Below are positions 8,839 through 17,400 of a stretch of 24,650 bases of DNA, one piece after another. The translations under genes and the position numbers were made by a program. Source of the DNA: a virus. Position 1 is the first letter of the stretch. Every line of letters starts with the position of its first letter. The stretch lies in the UHGV virus genome UHGV-0200293. One strand, 5' to 3'. Below the pieces are notes generated by a model that was not told the DNA's origin, made no database searches, and worked only from the letters and a program-made list of their open reading frames with translations.

Positions 8839-9408
8839 TTAATCATCATCAGCCTCAAAATCATGTTGCCCGCGCGATTCTTTTAAACGGCGTAACGTTT
8901 CATCGATGTTTTGAAGCGTAGACTCCATCAAGTCTGATTTTACAAAGTCGAATGAGAGGTGCTTGTAGTAAGGAACAGCGTATGGTAAAGGATTAACCAC
9001 GCGTATCACAGATGCTTTCGCTGTCCTGGCAAAAACAAGAGCAACGTTAAGAGCTACAAAACCCATACGTTTAACAAGATGATCATCATGGACTTGTCGC
9101 TTAAAGTGCTCAATCATATGGATGTTGACCAACTGATTTTCCATATCATAAGAGAACACTGCGGCACCGATGGTGATCGGTGGTCTACCCTTTGAGGATA
9201 CCGACAAGGTAAACTTGTTGGTAAGATTTTCGTGTTCATTTTGGAACCAACCGCTCCAATCCAGCACTTTTCCACGAAGGCTTTCAATCTGTAGCGCGTC
9301 AGCTTCACTTAAAAAATTGAGAGATAATTTTATTTCTAAAGCATCAAGTTCTTGCTGAGTTGAAACTAGCGCAAGTTCATTAACAACTTCGATTTCTTGC
9401 CGGTTCAT
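8839..9408 (-). CDS. Hypothetical protein (189 aa), accessory insert
   Basis: AT-rich ORF inserted between MuF-like and scaffold genes; acidic C-terminus; no family recognised. Confidence 0.5.
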   Translation of the reverse strand: MNRQEIEVVNELALVSTQQELDALEIKLSLNFLSEADALQIESLRGKVLDWSGWFQNEHENLTNKFTLSVSSKGRPPITIGAAVFSYDMENQLVNIHMIEHFKRQVHDDHLVKRMGFVALNVALVFARTAKASVIRVVNPLPYAVPYYKHLSFDFVKSDLMESTLQNIDETLRRLKESRGQHDFEADDD

Positions 9409-9469
9409 ATGAGTTCATTTTTAAGTTTTTTCTTATGATACCTAATCATACTACCAAAAGTTATTACAA

Positions 9470-10468
9470 TTAAGTCCCTTGCCATGATATTCGTTCTTTC
9501 GCCAACTTTTCCTTCAGCCCTTCATTGAAGATGCTGCCGTCGTCATTGAGTAGCACCGGAATCTGGCTGCAGTAACAGTTGTACCGGTTGCCGTTCTCGG
9601 CGTAGAAGTTGCGCACCTCTTCGGTCGTGTAGACCTTTCCGTGTCGGCTGGCATGCCAGGTGCGCGTCGTTGGCTTGAGCGCTGACAGCCACAGAAGGCC
9701 GGTGTTCAGCCCAAGCCTGTCGGCCGCCCAGTCCGTTTCATTCCACTGCGCCTGCCGCAGCGCGCCGACCTGTTCAGTCTGAGCGATGGTCTTCGCCTTC
9801 GACATCGACACATCGAGGCGCTTGCTGATGACACTGGCAGTCTCACGCGGATTCACTCCCCGCGCCACTGCATCAGTGATTATGTTGGTCAGATCGCCGC
9901 GGGCTGTATCGCTGATGACCTTCCAGTCACTGAACGTTGTCAGCCTGGCCGCCGCTATCTGGTTTAGATATCCGGGGCTGTTTAAAAGCTGCTGTAACGT
10001 CGTCTGGCTGGCGTACACCTGCGACTGCTGCGAGAAGTTGTTGAAGGCCTCCAGCGTACCGCGCCGCGCCTCTGCGGCGACGTAATCCATCGCCCAGAGG
10101 TTTTGCTCGCCGCCATCCAGCAGGTAATCGTCGAGAATGGCCTGCACCGCTTCGAGGAGATCCGCCAGTTCCTGCGCCGACATGTCGTAGATGAACTTGC
10201 CTGCGTTGACCTGGTAGAGCCGCATATCCTCGCCGTTGTCGTGGCACAGGAAATGCCAGTTATGGCTATTAACTTCTCGCTCTATCCCTTTCAGGCGTAG
10301 GTCGAACAGCGCTTTCAGTGCGCGCTTGATGCCGAGATACCGGTCCTCGATATCCCGGTACATCGCTGTTACCTGCTTTGCCGATCGGGTCGGGTCAACC
10401 TTGCTGCGCGGAACTACCGGTGTCCCTACTTTCGTCTTTTGCTCCGGTGTCATCGGAAAGAGGATCAT
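9470..10468 (-). CDS. Phage head morphogenesis protein (Mu F / SPP1 gp7-like); start uncertain
   Basis: 332 aa directly downstream of portal; N-terminal 74 nt overlap portal, so a downstream start is possible. Confidence 0.55.
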   Translation of the reverse strand: MILFPMTPEQKTKVGTPVVPRSKVDPTRSAKQVTAMYRDIEDRYLGIKRALKALFDLRLKGIEREVNSHNWHFLCHDNGEDMRLYQVNAGKFIYDMSAQELADLLEAVQAILDDYLLDGGEQNLWAMDYVAAEARRGTLEAFNNFSQQSQVYASQTTLQQLLNSPGYLNQIAAARLTTFSDWKVISDTARGDLTNIITDAVARGVNPRETASVISKRLDVSMSKAKTIAQTEQVGALRQAQWNETDWAADRLGLNTGLLWLSALKPTTRTWHASRHGKVYTTEEVRNFYAENGNRYNCYCSQIPVLLNDDGSIFNEGLKEKLAKERISWQGT

Positions 10469-11870
10469 CGGTCGTTACCTTTTTATTTGGGTCAGGCGGC
10501 TTAACATCTTCACGCGGCTCAAGTTCTCCTGCTTCCCTGACCTCATTTTCGTCAACAGCCGGTGTGCCATAGGCCTGTTGAGTATCCTTCGCGACTGCCG
10601 CCATTTCCTTCATGGTGGCGATCTTTTCTTTCTCACTTGGCGCGAGTAGATCAGACCAGGTTAACGTGATTTCGCCAGACTTCGGAGGTTCGATAACTTC
10701 CACAGTCCACAGGCGTTCTATAACTGCACTTGCCCGGTCAGTCTGAAACCCGTTGCGGCGACCATTACAGCGCTTGGCAAAGTCATTTTTGTCCTGATCT
10801 GACGCAAGCCTTCCTGTCTGCTGACCAAACAAGATGGTGAAAGGCATCTGAACTGAAGATGAGAACTGGTTAGCTGATACTGTCCATGTTGGGCCAGGAT
10901 CGGCGGCGGCGACAGAGAGTACTTTCGCCTCCCCATCCTGGGTAACCAGAGCGGAATCTGTACCTGAGTTAAGCTTTTGAATAGCAGCATTCAGCGCCTC
11001 AGCTAAGCCTGAATATCCAGTTCTCTTCGCCTCGTCGACGATGGTCTTGAGATTTGTCTCCTTCGACATGTTAATGCCGAGCTGTCTACTGGCGTTCTTC
11101 AGAACCCCTTCCGCACTACCGCCGGACGTTTTCGCCATATCGAGCAGGTCGTTGTAACCAGCTCGCAGGAATGGAATGCCAGCCAGCGACGTTTCATCTT
11201 CTGATCCCTCACAGAACATGATGATGCGTTCTGGGTGAATCTTAATCGACCGCATTGGCCCAGTGATGTTTCCGTTATCGCCGACCTGTTGCTCCTGGAA
11301 ATAGTAAAACTTCGGCATGCCGTAGTCTGGCGACTTTTGGTCCTGCTCAAGCTCACCGGGTTTAACCTGCGCTTCCCATGCAGGAATCATCTTGACCAGG
11401 CCGCGCTCACGAGTGTTTCGCATTACACTGCGGTCGACGGGCTCCCACCATTCCTTGCTGTCTGCAAACTGAAGGGTAAGTGCTGAGTAATGCCCAACCA
11501 GATTTCGCCGATCCGCATCCTTCACTTTCGCCCAATGTTTCTTCATGAGCTTGGTGACTTTCTTTTCCCACGGCGTCGACTTCTTAGACTTCTTCGTCTC
11601 ATCGCCGTCGACGATCACCGGGGTATCGGTCCAGCATGCATCGAGCAATTTATGCACCGCGCCGAACGCCGAGCCGTTACGTTCATACATGTTGTAGAAG
11701 TGGTAAAAGTCGAGTCGCTCCGGGTAACCAAATTCGCACCAGAGATGATATCGTTTCGTGTTACCTGACTTCCCAAGCCCTGATGCATACAACTGGCGTG
11801 CGCGGCCAACCTCGTTAAGGCTGTTCACAATGAGCCCAGCGAGGACTTGCATTTCTGTAGTGTTACTCAC
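10395..11870 (-). CDS. Portal protein
   Basis: 491 aa, acidic C-terminal tail, immediately downstream of terminase large subunit. Confidence 0.6.
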   Translation of the reverse strand: MSNTTEMQVLAGLIVNSLNEVGRARQLYASGLGKSGNTKRYHLWCEFGYPERLDFYHFYNMYERNGSAFGAVHKLLDACWTDTPVIVDGDETKKSKKSTPWEKKVTKLMKKHWAKVKDADRRNLVGHYSALTLQFADSKEWWEPVDRSVMRNTRERGLVKMIPAWEAQVKPGELEQDQKSPDYGMPKFYYFQEQQVGDNGNITGPMRSIKIHPERIIMFCEGSEDETSLAGIPFLRAGYNDLLDMAKTSGGSAEGVLKNASRQLGINMSKETNLKTIVDEAKRTGYSGLAEALNAAIQKLNSGTDSALVTQDGEAKVLSVAAADPGPTWTVSANQFSSSVQMPFTILFGQQTGRLASDQDKNDFAKRCNGRRNGFQTDRASAVIERLWTVEVIEPPKSGEITLTWSDLLAPSEKEKIATMKEMAAVAKDTQQAYGTPAVDENEVREAGELEPREDVKPPDPNKKVTTDDPLSDDTGAKDESRDTGSSAQQG

Positions 11871-11880
11871 TGAGTTGTCC

Positions 11881-13356
11881 TTATGTGAAGAAGATTGCGC
11901 CGACCTGCTTGTGGTTGTTCTTCGCTACCGCAAAGTAGCGGAAGCCGTCAGCACCGTGTGATGTGAAGTCATGAAGCGGTTTATCTTTCCAGCATCCGCG
12001 CTTGTCGTCCCACTCCTTGCGGTAGCCTTCGAGGTGAGATATGCCCTCGGCACACTTCTCCTCATCGGATACACATGATGGGAGGATTTCACGCACCGAC
12101 TCAATGCCGGTATCAACTCCCACTTTCGGAACCACCTGAAACGTCATGCTGTAAACCTGCCCGTCGATTTCATACCCCTCGCGGGCAAGCTCTCTACGGG
12201 ATTTGGCGTCAGCACCGAATTCACGGTTATCGATGTCGTGCGGGCCCCAGTGCTCGTCGTACTCGTAGCCACGGTCTTTCAGCACCTTCATGTAGTGCCT
12301 CAGGCCCTCGCCAGAGTTTTCGTAGTAGTCGATGATGTGAAACTCTTCGCCAACCTCACGAACGAACCAGATAGCCGTAGAATCGCCCACGCCGATATCC
12401 CAGAACGTATGGACCGGAAGGTGCGAGTTGTCCGGGATTTGGCCGATTCGCTTGTTGGTGTAGAGCCAGCGGAATTGTTTGGCGTAGTACGCGCCCTCGA
12501 CAGACTGCTGGAAAGCCTCCGCCGGTATGTTCGGGTATTCGCGCTTCATGTCGTCGCCGAGAGTTTTCTCTTTGGCGTAGTACCATGCTTTCTGGCGCTC
12601 GTTGACGACTACACCATGCTTCGCCTCCATTTCAGCGAAGTACTCAACCAGGCGCACCGGCAGCGATTCAACCGGGTCGATTGCGTACTGCGGGTTCTTC
12701 CACCAGGAGAAGAAGAAAAACTTCCAGTCGAGCGCGGATAATGGCTTGCCTTGCAGCAACGCTTTCTCTGCCGTCTGGCAGTAATCGAAAAAGTACCCCG
12801 CCCGGCCCTCGGCTGTGCTCTCGATAGTAGCGAAGCATCCAGTCGATACCGCTTCAAACGCACCAGTGACGATTTCACGGGCTTTGTCAGGATACTTGGC
12901 GCATATCTTCCCGAACTCGGAAACGTGCAGGTAGCGCAGCGTACCGCCACGAAACGACGTGCTGACGTAGAGTGAGCCGCCCTTCTTAAAGACGAGCTCA
13001 CCGGAAGAGTCGTTGCTAGCCGGGTTGGCCGCCTTTATCTCTGCCGGCAACTTGTCATAGGCATACTTCACCTTTTCCCGAAAGAGGCGCTTTGCATCAT
13101 TCAGTGTGTGGGCGATCAGCGCGCACTTTGCAGACTCGAACAGCGCCGCGTCCAACTGGATGATGCACACCTCAGTTGTGAAACCGAGCTGGCGAGCTTT
13201 CAGGATGATATTACGTATATGGATCCCCTCAAAGTATTTCCGTTGCTCAGGCGTCATCCTGAACCGCGTCGGCTTTCCCTCTTTGTCGGTTATCCAGTAA
13301 AGATTGTTCAGCCGCCAGTCTTTGTCGGCCAGCAGCTTGAGGTGCTCAGGTTTCAT
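11881..13356 (-). CDS. Terminase large subunit
   Basis: 491 aa; start overlaps the small-subunit stop; followed by portal. Confidence 0.7.
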   Translation of the reverse strand: MKPEHLKLLADKDWRLNNLYWITDKEGKPTRFRMTPEQRKYFEGIHIRNIILKARQLGFTTEVCIIQLDAALFESAKCALIAHTLNDAKRLFREKVKYAYDKLPAEIKAANPASNDSSGELVFKKGGSLYVSTSFRGGTLRYLHVSEFGKICAKYPDKAREIVTGAFEAVSTGCFATIESTAEGRAGYFFDYCQTAEKALLQGKPLSALDWKFFFFSWWKNPQYAIDPVESLPVRLVEYFAEMEAKHGVVVNERQKAWYYAKEKTLGDDMKREYPNIPAEAFQQSVEGAYYAKQFRWLYTNKRIGQIPDNSHLPVHTFWDIGVGDSTAIWFVREVGEEFHIIDYYENSGEGLRHYMKVLKDRGYEYDEHWGPHDIDNREFGADAKSRRELAREGYEIDGQVYSMTFQVVPKVGVDTGIESVREILPSCVSDEEKCAEGISHLEGYRKEWDDKRGCWKDKPLHDFTSHGADGFRYFAVAKNNHKQVGAIFFT

Positions 13357-13958
13357 TACGCCCCCTGAGACAGTGAATCCATCAGGTCAGACAGTTGCTT
13401 AACAGAGTTGTCGCCTTCTGGCCCGTCGATATCGCAGGCCTGGCGTTCAAGTCCGATCAAGTTCTTCAGCGCGTCGCTCAGAGCCTTCACTGACTTAACT
13501 CGCTCCGGCATGCTGATGACCTTGTGGTAAATCTCATTGAGCTTGTCCTGGCCTTTGTCGTCGGGGTCGAGCATCAACTCTCCGAGCTTCTCCAGTGCGG
13601 CCACATCTGCGCACTCTGCGCCCAGCTCATCAAACAGCGCATTGGTTATCTGGCGTGCTCGCTTAATGTCACCGCGATGCTCCATGCGGACATTGGCTAT
13701 TACCTCAGCCGTCGCCTCGATGAGTACGCGTTCGTTAAAAGTGACTTCACTGCGTACCTGCTTGCGTACCTCTGCTTTGCGTACCAGATCGTCAGCGCGT
13801 TCTTTCACTTTCGCATTCAGGTCACGTGACCAGTCGTCACGCTTGGCACGCTTACGGATAGCGCCTTCGCTGATGCCGTGTTGAGATGCTATTTCTCGGA
13901 GAGACATCACCCCGGCCCGGTACGCCGTCTCGATGGCCTCCCAGTCGGGTTTGCTCAT
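13356..13958 (-). CDS. Terminase small subunit (HTH DNA-binding)
   Basis: 200 aa; N-terminal HTH-like SLREIASQHGISEGAIRKRAKR; first gene of the packaging module. Confidence 0.6.
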   Translation of the reverse strand: MSKPDWEAIETAYRAGVMSLREIASQHGISEGAIRKRAKRDDWSRDLNAKVKERADDLVRKAEVRKQVRSEVTFNERVLIEATAEVIANVRMEHRGDIKRARQITNALFDELGAECADVAALEKLGELMLDPDDKGQDKLNEIYHKVISMPERVKSVKALSDALKNLIGLERQACDIDGPEGDNSVKQLSDLMDSLSQGA

Positions 13959-14042
13959 GCCTTTTTCCTATTAAAATATTTCCATTGATGACCTATATTA
14001 AGAAGGAAGTAACCTGTCATCTATGCTACCAGGAGATTCTCG

Positions 14043-14231
14043 ATGGGTGAAAAAATTACTGAAGATGCTATTAAGCAAGCATATAGCGTTACCGTCATGC
14101 AACTTTTTAATGTCTATCTAAATTCGGCAAGCGATCCCAACGCATCAGCAAGATTTCAGGAAGGCCTTCGACTTGCTATACAAGTACGAGATGCCTGCAT
14201 GCAAATAGCCTCCCAAAACCATGCTCCATGA
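14043..14231 (+). CDS. Hypothetical small protein (62 aa), antisense to the late operon
   Basis: RBS AGGAGA 6 nt before ATG; located between terS and Rz. Confidence 0.4.
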   Translation: MGEKITEDAIKQAYSVTVMQLFNVYLNSASDPNASARFQEGLRLAIQVRDACMQIASQNHAP

Positions 14232-14292
14232 ATTTATTAGCGACCTATTCAAAAACTGCCATTACGATGGGTCTGCTCATGGTGATGGCAAT

Positions 14293-14315
14293 AAAAAACC
14301 GCCCGGAGGCGGTTT
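14293..14315. terminator. Intrinsic terminator, strong on minus strand
   Basis: AAAAAA-CCGCC-CGGA-GGCGG-TTT; minus-strand reading gives hairpin followed by UUUUUUAUUGCC. Confidence 0.6.
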
Positions 14316-14570
14316 AGGCCGAATTTATCTACTTCCCCGTTACCCACCACTATCAAACTCAACCGCAGATGAGCTTTGCAATGACCTAAAGTCTAGCCTA
14401 GTCGGCAGAATGCCTGCCTATTAAACATGCAGTCCGACCACTCTATAAAAATCGAAAAAATAACGTTCCGTTACAAGATGAGTGAAGTGTGATCCCGGAC
14501 AATAATTTTATAGCATCCTAGGCTATAAATTTATTACGGGAATCATCTCGCTCACATAGGAAGGCCTAAA

Positions 14571-14804
14571 ATGTCAGAAATAAACATAGAAAAGTTCAAA
14601 TTGGCGTTGGCAAATTTCAGCAGTGAACTATCAAATGCAGGGATTCCTTCAGAGGGCCTGAAAATTAGCATTGATTCTCCAGCACTAAGCCAGCCATTAC
14701 ATGAAGAAATAAGCGCAATGACTCCGATGAGGTTTCAATGTCATTGGGGACCTGGAATTGGCTTTACCTGCACATTTGGCACAGAAACCATGCCTGACAA
14801 ATAG
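14571..14804 (+). CDS. Hypothetical small protein (77 aa), antisense to the late operon
   Basis: RBS AGGAAGG 6 nt before ATG; palindrome TTTATAGC-N-GCTATAAA about 50 bp upstream. Confidence 0.4.
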   Translation: MSEINIEKFKLALANFSSELSNAGIPSEGLKISIDSPALSQPLHEEISAMTPMRFQCHWGPGIGFTCTFGTETMPDK

Positions 14805-14811
14805 CCATTGT

Positions 14812-15273
14812 TTATTGACATTGATTTTTAATGTAATTCTGCAAACCAGCAATTAGGATTTTGTTGGTTGCGATTCGTTCTCTGAGATTGAAATAATCCC
14901 GTTGAGCGGCGTCAGTAAGTCTGGCGCTGGCTGCATCATCCACGCCGGGGGCGGAGGTGGCTTTACGCACGCTGTCACAGGCTGCGGCGACGCGCAGCCG
15001 TTTAGCGCCAGAATCGACATCCCTACGCAAATCGCTAATGGTGTTTTGCGCATCGAATAACTCCTGTGTGTACTTCGCATCCAGCGCGGCAACATCGCGC
15101 TGCCGGGTTGTCATGTCGGTGATGGTGGCATTAGCCAGATTCAGCGCCTGAGTCTTCTCATCGCGCTGCTTCTTGTATTCTGTGGCGTTGTCGCGGTAGT
15201 GATTAACAGCCCAGCCAAGAGATACGATGATGCAGATGACCACAGCGATGATGGTTGCGGTTAACCTGCTCAT
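14812..15273 (-). CDS. Rz-like i-spanin
   Basis: N-terminal TM helix, coiled-coil periplasmic part; start overlaps endolysin stop. Confidence 0.7.
   Translation of the reverse strand: MSRLTATIIAVVICIIVSLGWAVNHYRDNATEYKKQRDEKTQALNLANATITDMTTRQRDVAALDAKYTQELFDAQNTISDLRRDVDSGAKRLRVAAACDSVRKATSAPGVDDAASARLTDAAQRDYFNLRERIATNKILIAGLQNYIKNQCQ
14853..15053 (-). CDS. Rz1-like o-spanin lipoprotein embedded in Rz
   Basis: Internal start [20 protein letters not shown] (lipobox) and Pro-rich body in the +1 frame of Rz. Confidence 0.6.
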   Translation of the reverse strand: MRKTPLAICVGMSILALNGCASPQPVTACVKPPPPPAWMMQPAPDLLTPLNGIISISENESQPTKS

Positions 15274-15758
15274 TTCTCACCCCACAGGCAAACTTCGCGC
15301 TCAATCTCGCGGCGGGTCATCAGCCCTTTCCACTGCTTTCCGCCAGCGTAAGTCCAGCACCTTAACTGCTCGCATGCACCTTTGATATCGCCCTGGTTGA
15401 TTTTGTACAGGAGCGTTGAGGTCTTGAAGTTTCCAGCGCCAACGTTGTACGCGAAAGAGTAAATCGCTGCTCGTTGAGTTTCAGTAGTCGGCACTTTGAT
15501 GTGCGGATCAACCTGTGCGGCAGTTCGCGTTAAATCTTTCCTGGTTAGTGCGTCGCATTCTTTATCGGAGTATCGCTTTCCGGGAATGATGTCTGAACCT
15601 GTGTGTCCATCGCATACTGTAATTACACCAACGACGTCACGGTATGCGACATACTCCCTTCCCTCAACGCCATCCTTACCTGACAGCATGACTGTTGCGA
15701 TCGCAATCGCACCGCCACCGATGGAGGCAGCAATTTTATTTCGCAGGGTGCTGTTCAT
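15270..15758 (-). CDS. SAR endolysin (T4-lysozyme-type, phage 21 R-like)
   Basis: N-terminal signal-arrest-release segment [17 protein letters not shown] and C-terminal [21 protein letters not shown], close to phage 21 R as I recall it. Confidence 0.8.
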   Translation of the reverse strand: MNSTLRNKIAASIGGGAIAIATVMLSGKDGVEGREYVAYRDVVGVITVCDGHTGSDIIPGKRYSDKECDALTRKDLTRTAAQVDPHIKVPTTETQRAAIYSFAYNVGAGNFKTSTLLYKINQGDIKGACEQLRCWTYAGGKQWKGLMTRREIEREVCLWGEK

Positions 15759-15871
15759 CAGATTTCCTTCGGTGCTTTCTGTCTGAGATCGGCGAGAACT
15801 TCGGCTGTAGCAGATGGGTTGCTTGAATCAGTCTTGTTCAGAATGTCCTGCAGTATCTTCGTGCGCTTCAT

Positions 15872-16030
15872 TTACTCACGCTTATTGAGCCTGTATGTCA
15901 GGACGCCGAGGATGATGCTGAACGCGACGCCAATGATGAAGCCCCAGTCCTGCAATGACAGGCTGGCAAAGAAAGCCGCAAGGCCAGCGCTGCCGTATGT
16001 CGCGTTGCTGTATCTTTCGTCCATCTTCAT
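15872..16030 (-). CDS. Pinholin-like class II holin (phage 21 S-like), 52 aa
   Basis: Met-Lys-Met dual start, two TM segments with Gly-rich first helix; not in ORF track (under 60 aa); RBS GAGGAG. Confidence 0.6.
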   Translation of the reverse strand: MKMDERYSNATYGSAGLAAFFASLSLQDWGFIIGVAFSIILGVLTYRLNKRE

Positions 16031-16212
16031 AGTCTCTCTCCTCGCGGTAAATGCGGGAGCTGTGTGTTGTAGGGTCAGGCCCTCGGGCTGGATTTAACAA
16101 CAAAGCGTATCGAGAATGATTCCCGAAACCTGAAATAGAAAAAAAGATTTTTTAATAGAGATTTAAGTTTTCTAGAAAATTGCCGATTTAAAAATCTTTC
16201 ACAGGAGGAAAC

Positions 16213-16473
16213 ATGCATCACATCTATCGCGTACAAGATACACAAGTGGCCAACTTTAGGCTTGAAGCACATAAGCACCACCCAGCACTTTCAATTCATC
16301 TTATCAGTACTGGAACCAGCATTAATGCAGGCAAATTCTTTAACTCTAATATTGAGGTTTTTGTTGCGATTTCTGACACCCAAACACTTGGCGCTTTGAA
16401 CTCAGATTTAATGCTAAACGCAGCAACAAAAAATAGCTTCACCCCGCTAGGAAGCGCAGAGTTTTATATTTGA
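16213..16473 (+). CDS. Hypothetical protein (86 aa), antisense gene between Q and holin
   Basis: RBS AGGAGG 4 nt before ATG; AT-rich; stop followed by a hairpin terminator. Confidence 0.45.
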   Translation: MHHIYRVQDTQVANFRLEAHKHHPALSIHLISTGTSINAGKFFNSNIEVFVAISDTQTLGALNSDLMLNAATKNSFTPLGSAEFYI

Positions 16474-16484
16474 GAAACAACAAT

Positions 16485-16515
16485 AAAAAAGCCCAAGGTG
16501 TTAACCTCGGGCTTT
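16485..16515. terminator. Hairpin terminator; candidate late terminator tR-prime on minus strand
   Basis: A6-GCCCAAGGTGTTAACCTCGGGC-TTT; minus-strand reading ends in UUUUUUAUUG, about 50 nt downstream of the candidate late promoter. Confidence 0.5.
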
Positions 16516-16567
16516 AATTCTTTGTGTCGACAATTAAAGCTATAACGACGATATCAGACTTACATAA

Positions 16568-16596
16568 AATATATGCGTTTCAGTTCGGTTTTGCAA
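16568..16596 (-). promoter_or_regulatory. Candidate sigma-70 late promoter (pR-prime analogue) at the 3' end of the Q-like gene
   Basis: Minus strand TTGCAA-17 nt-TATATT; position matches lambda pR-prime just after Q. Confidence 0.35.
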
Positions 16597-17263
16597 GACT
16601 TACATTCGAATTTGTCGCCTTTTGTTGTAAACGTGATCGCGTTACGGAGATAAGCGCATCATTATCGAGCCGCTTAAAGACATTACGCAGTGCCAACCAG
16701 TGAGGCAGGTACGTCTCTGTCCAGGTGGATTTAGCTACGCCCACCAGCTCAGCCAGCTTCTGGTACTCGTACGTCTCGCGGCCGCACAGCTCTGCTTTGA
16801 CGTCCTGCGCCGCCAACCAGATTAACGCCCGGAGTCGCTCCAGCGTTTTTCCGGCGATTTTCTTGCCAGCGAGTTGCGCCGTAAACTTATTCCATGCCCA
16901 GCGGGTTATGTCGACCTGATATTCAAACCGAGTATTTTCACTGTAGCTCCAGAGCAACTAGGCTTTTTGATGCTCGTCGAGCGACATTAGCGCCCGACGC
17001 CATGAAGCAGTGGAGTATTCAACCGGCTGCACCAGCGGGATATGCGATCCTTTGGCGTGTGATTGTTTTCCGGGGATCGGAGGGTTGTTCAGCGTTATCA
17101 GTTTTCCCGTAACTTCATCGCGTACACGCAACCTCTTGCGGGGGTAAGTATTCGTATCGAACTGCGCGTTCTCCAGCCAGGCCATTAACTGACCCTTTGT
17201 CGCTCCGCTCAGATCTGCCGTGGCCGCAATCAGTTGCTGGCGAATATAGGATAAATTTTTCAC
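16580..17263 (-). pseudogene. Late-gene regulator (Q-antiterminator-like by position) interrupted by an in-frame amber codon
   Basis: ORF-track ORFs 16958..17263 and 16580..16957 are contiguous and in frame, separated only by TAG (16958-16960); the distal 125 codons contain no ATG; GTG start with SD GGGGA. Confidence 0.5.
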
Positions 17264-17400
17264 TGATTTTCCCCTGCTTTCTGCTGAATACGGATGTAAT
17301 TGCGAAGGATGCGGTATGCCACCGGAAAAGATCCCCGGTAGCGATAAATGCGGAGACGCAGCCAGCGCAGACGGAGTATCTCGATCACTTCTGGTTTCAT
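17260..17400 (-). CDS. Small ORF (46 aa) translationally coupled to ninG
   Basis: ATG overlaps NinG stop (ATGA); its stop overlaps the Q-like GTG start. Confidence 0.3.
   Translation of the reverse strand: MKPEVIEILRLRWLRLRIYRYRGSFPVAYRILRNYIRIQQKAGENQ

Noticed and set aside
9927-10247. Arg/Gly-rich 106-aa minus-strand ORF inside the MuF-like gene
   Set aside because: Out-of-frame overlap with a well-supported gene; composition typical of GC-rich alternative frames.
14221-14424. 67-aa plus-strand ORF spanning the 14293-14315 terminator hairpin
   Set aside because: Contains the hairpin and A/T runs inside the reading frame, has no RBS and a Gly/Pro-rich junk-like translation.
15758-15871. 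37-codon ORF filling the holin-endolysin spacer, starting at an ATG directly after the holin TAA
   Set aside because: No separate RBS and no recognisable fold. It could be a former holin C-terminal tail cut off by a nonsense mutation, but the holin reads as complete with two TM segments, so I do not call it a gene.
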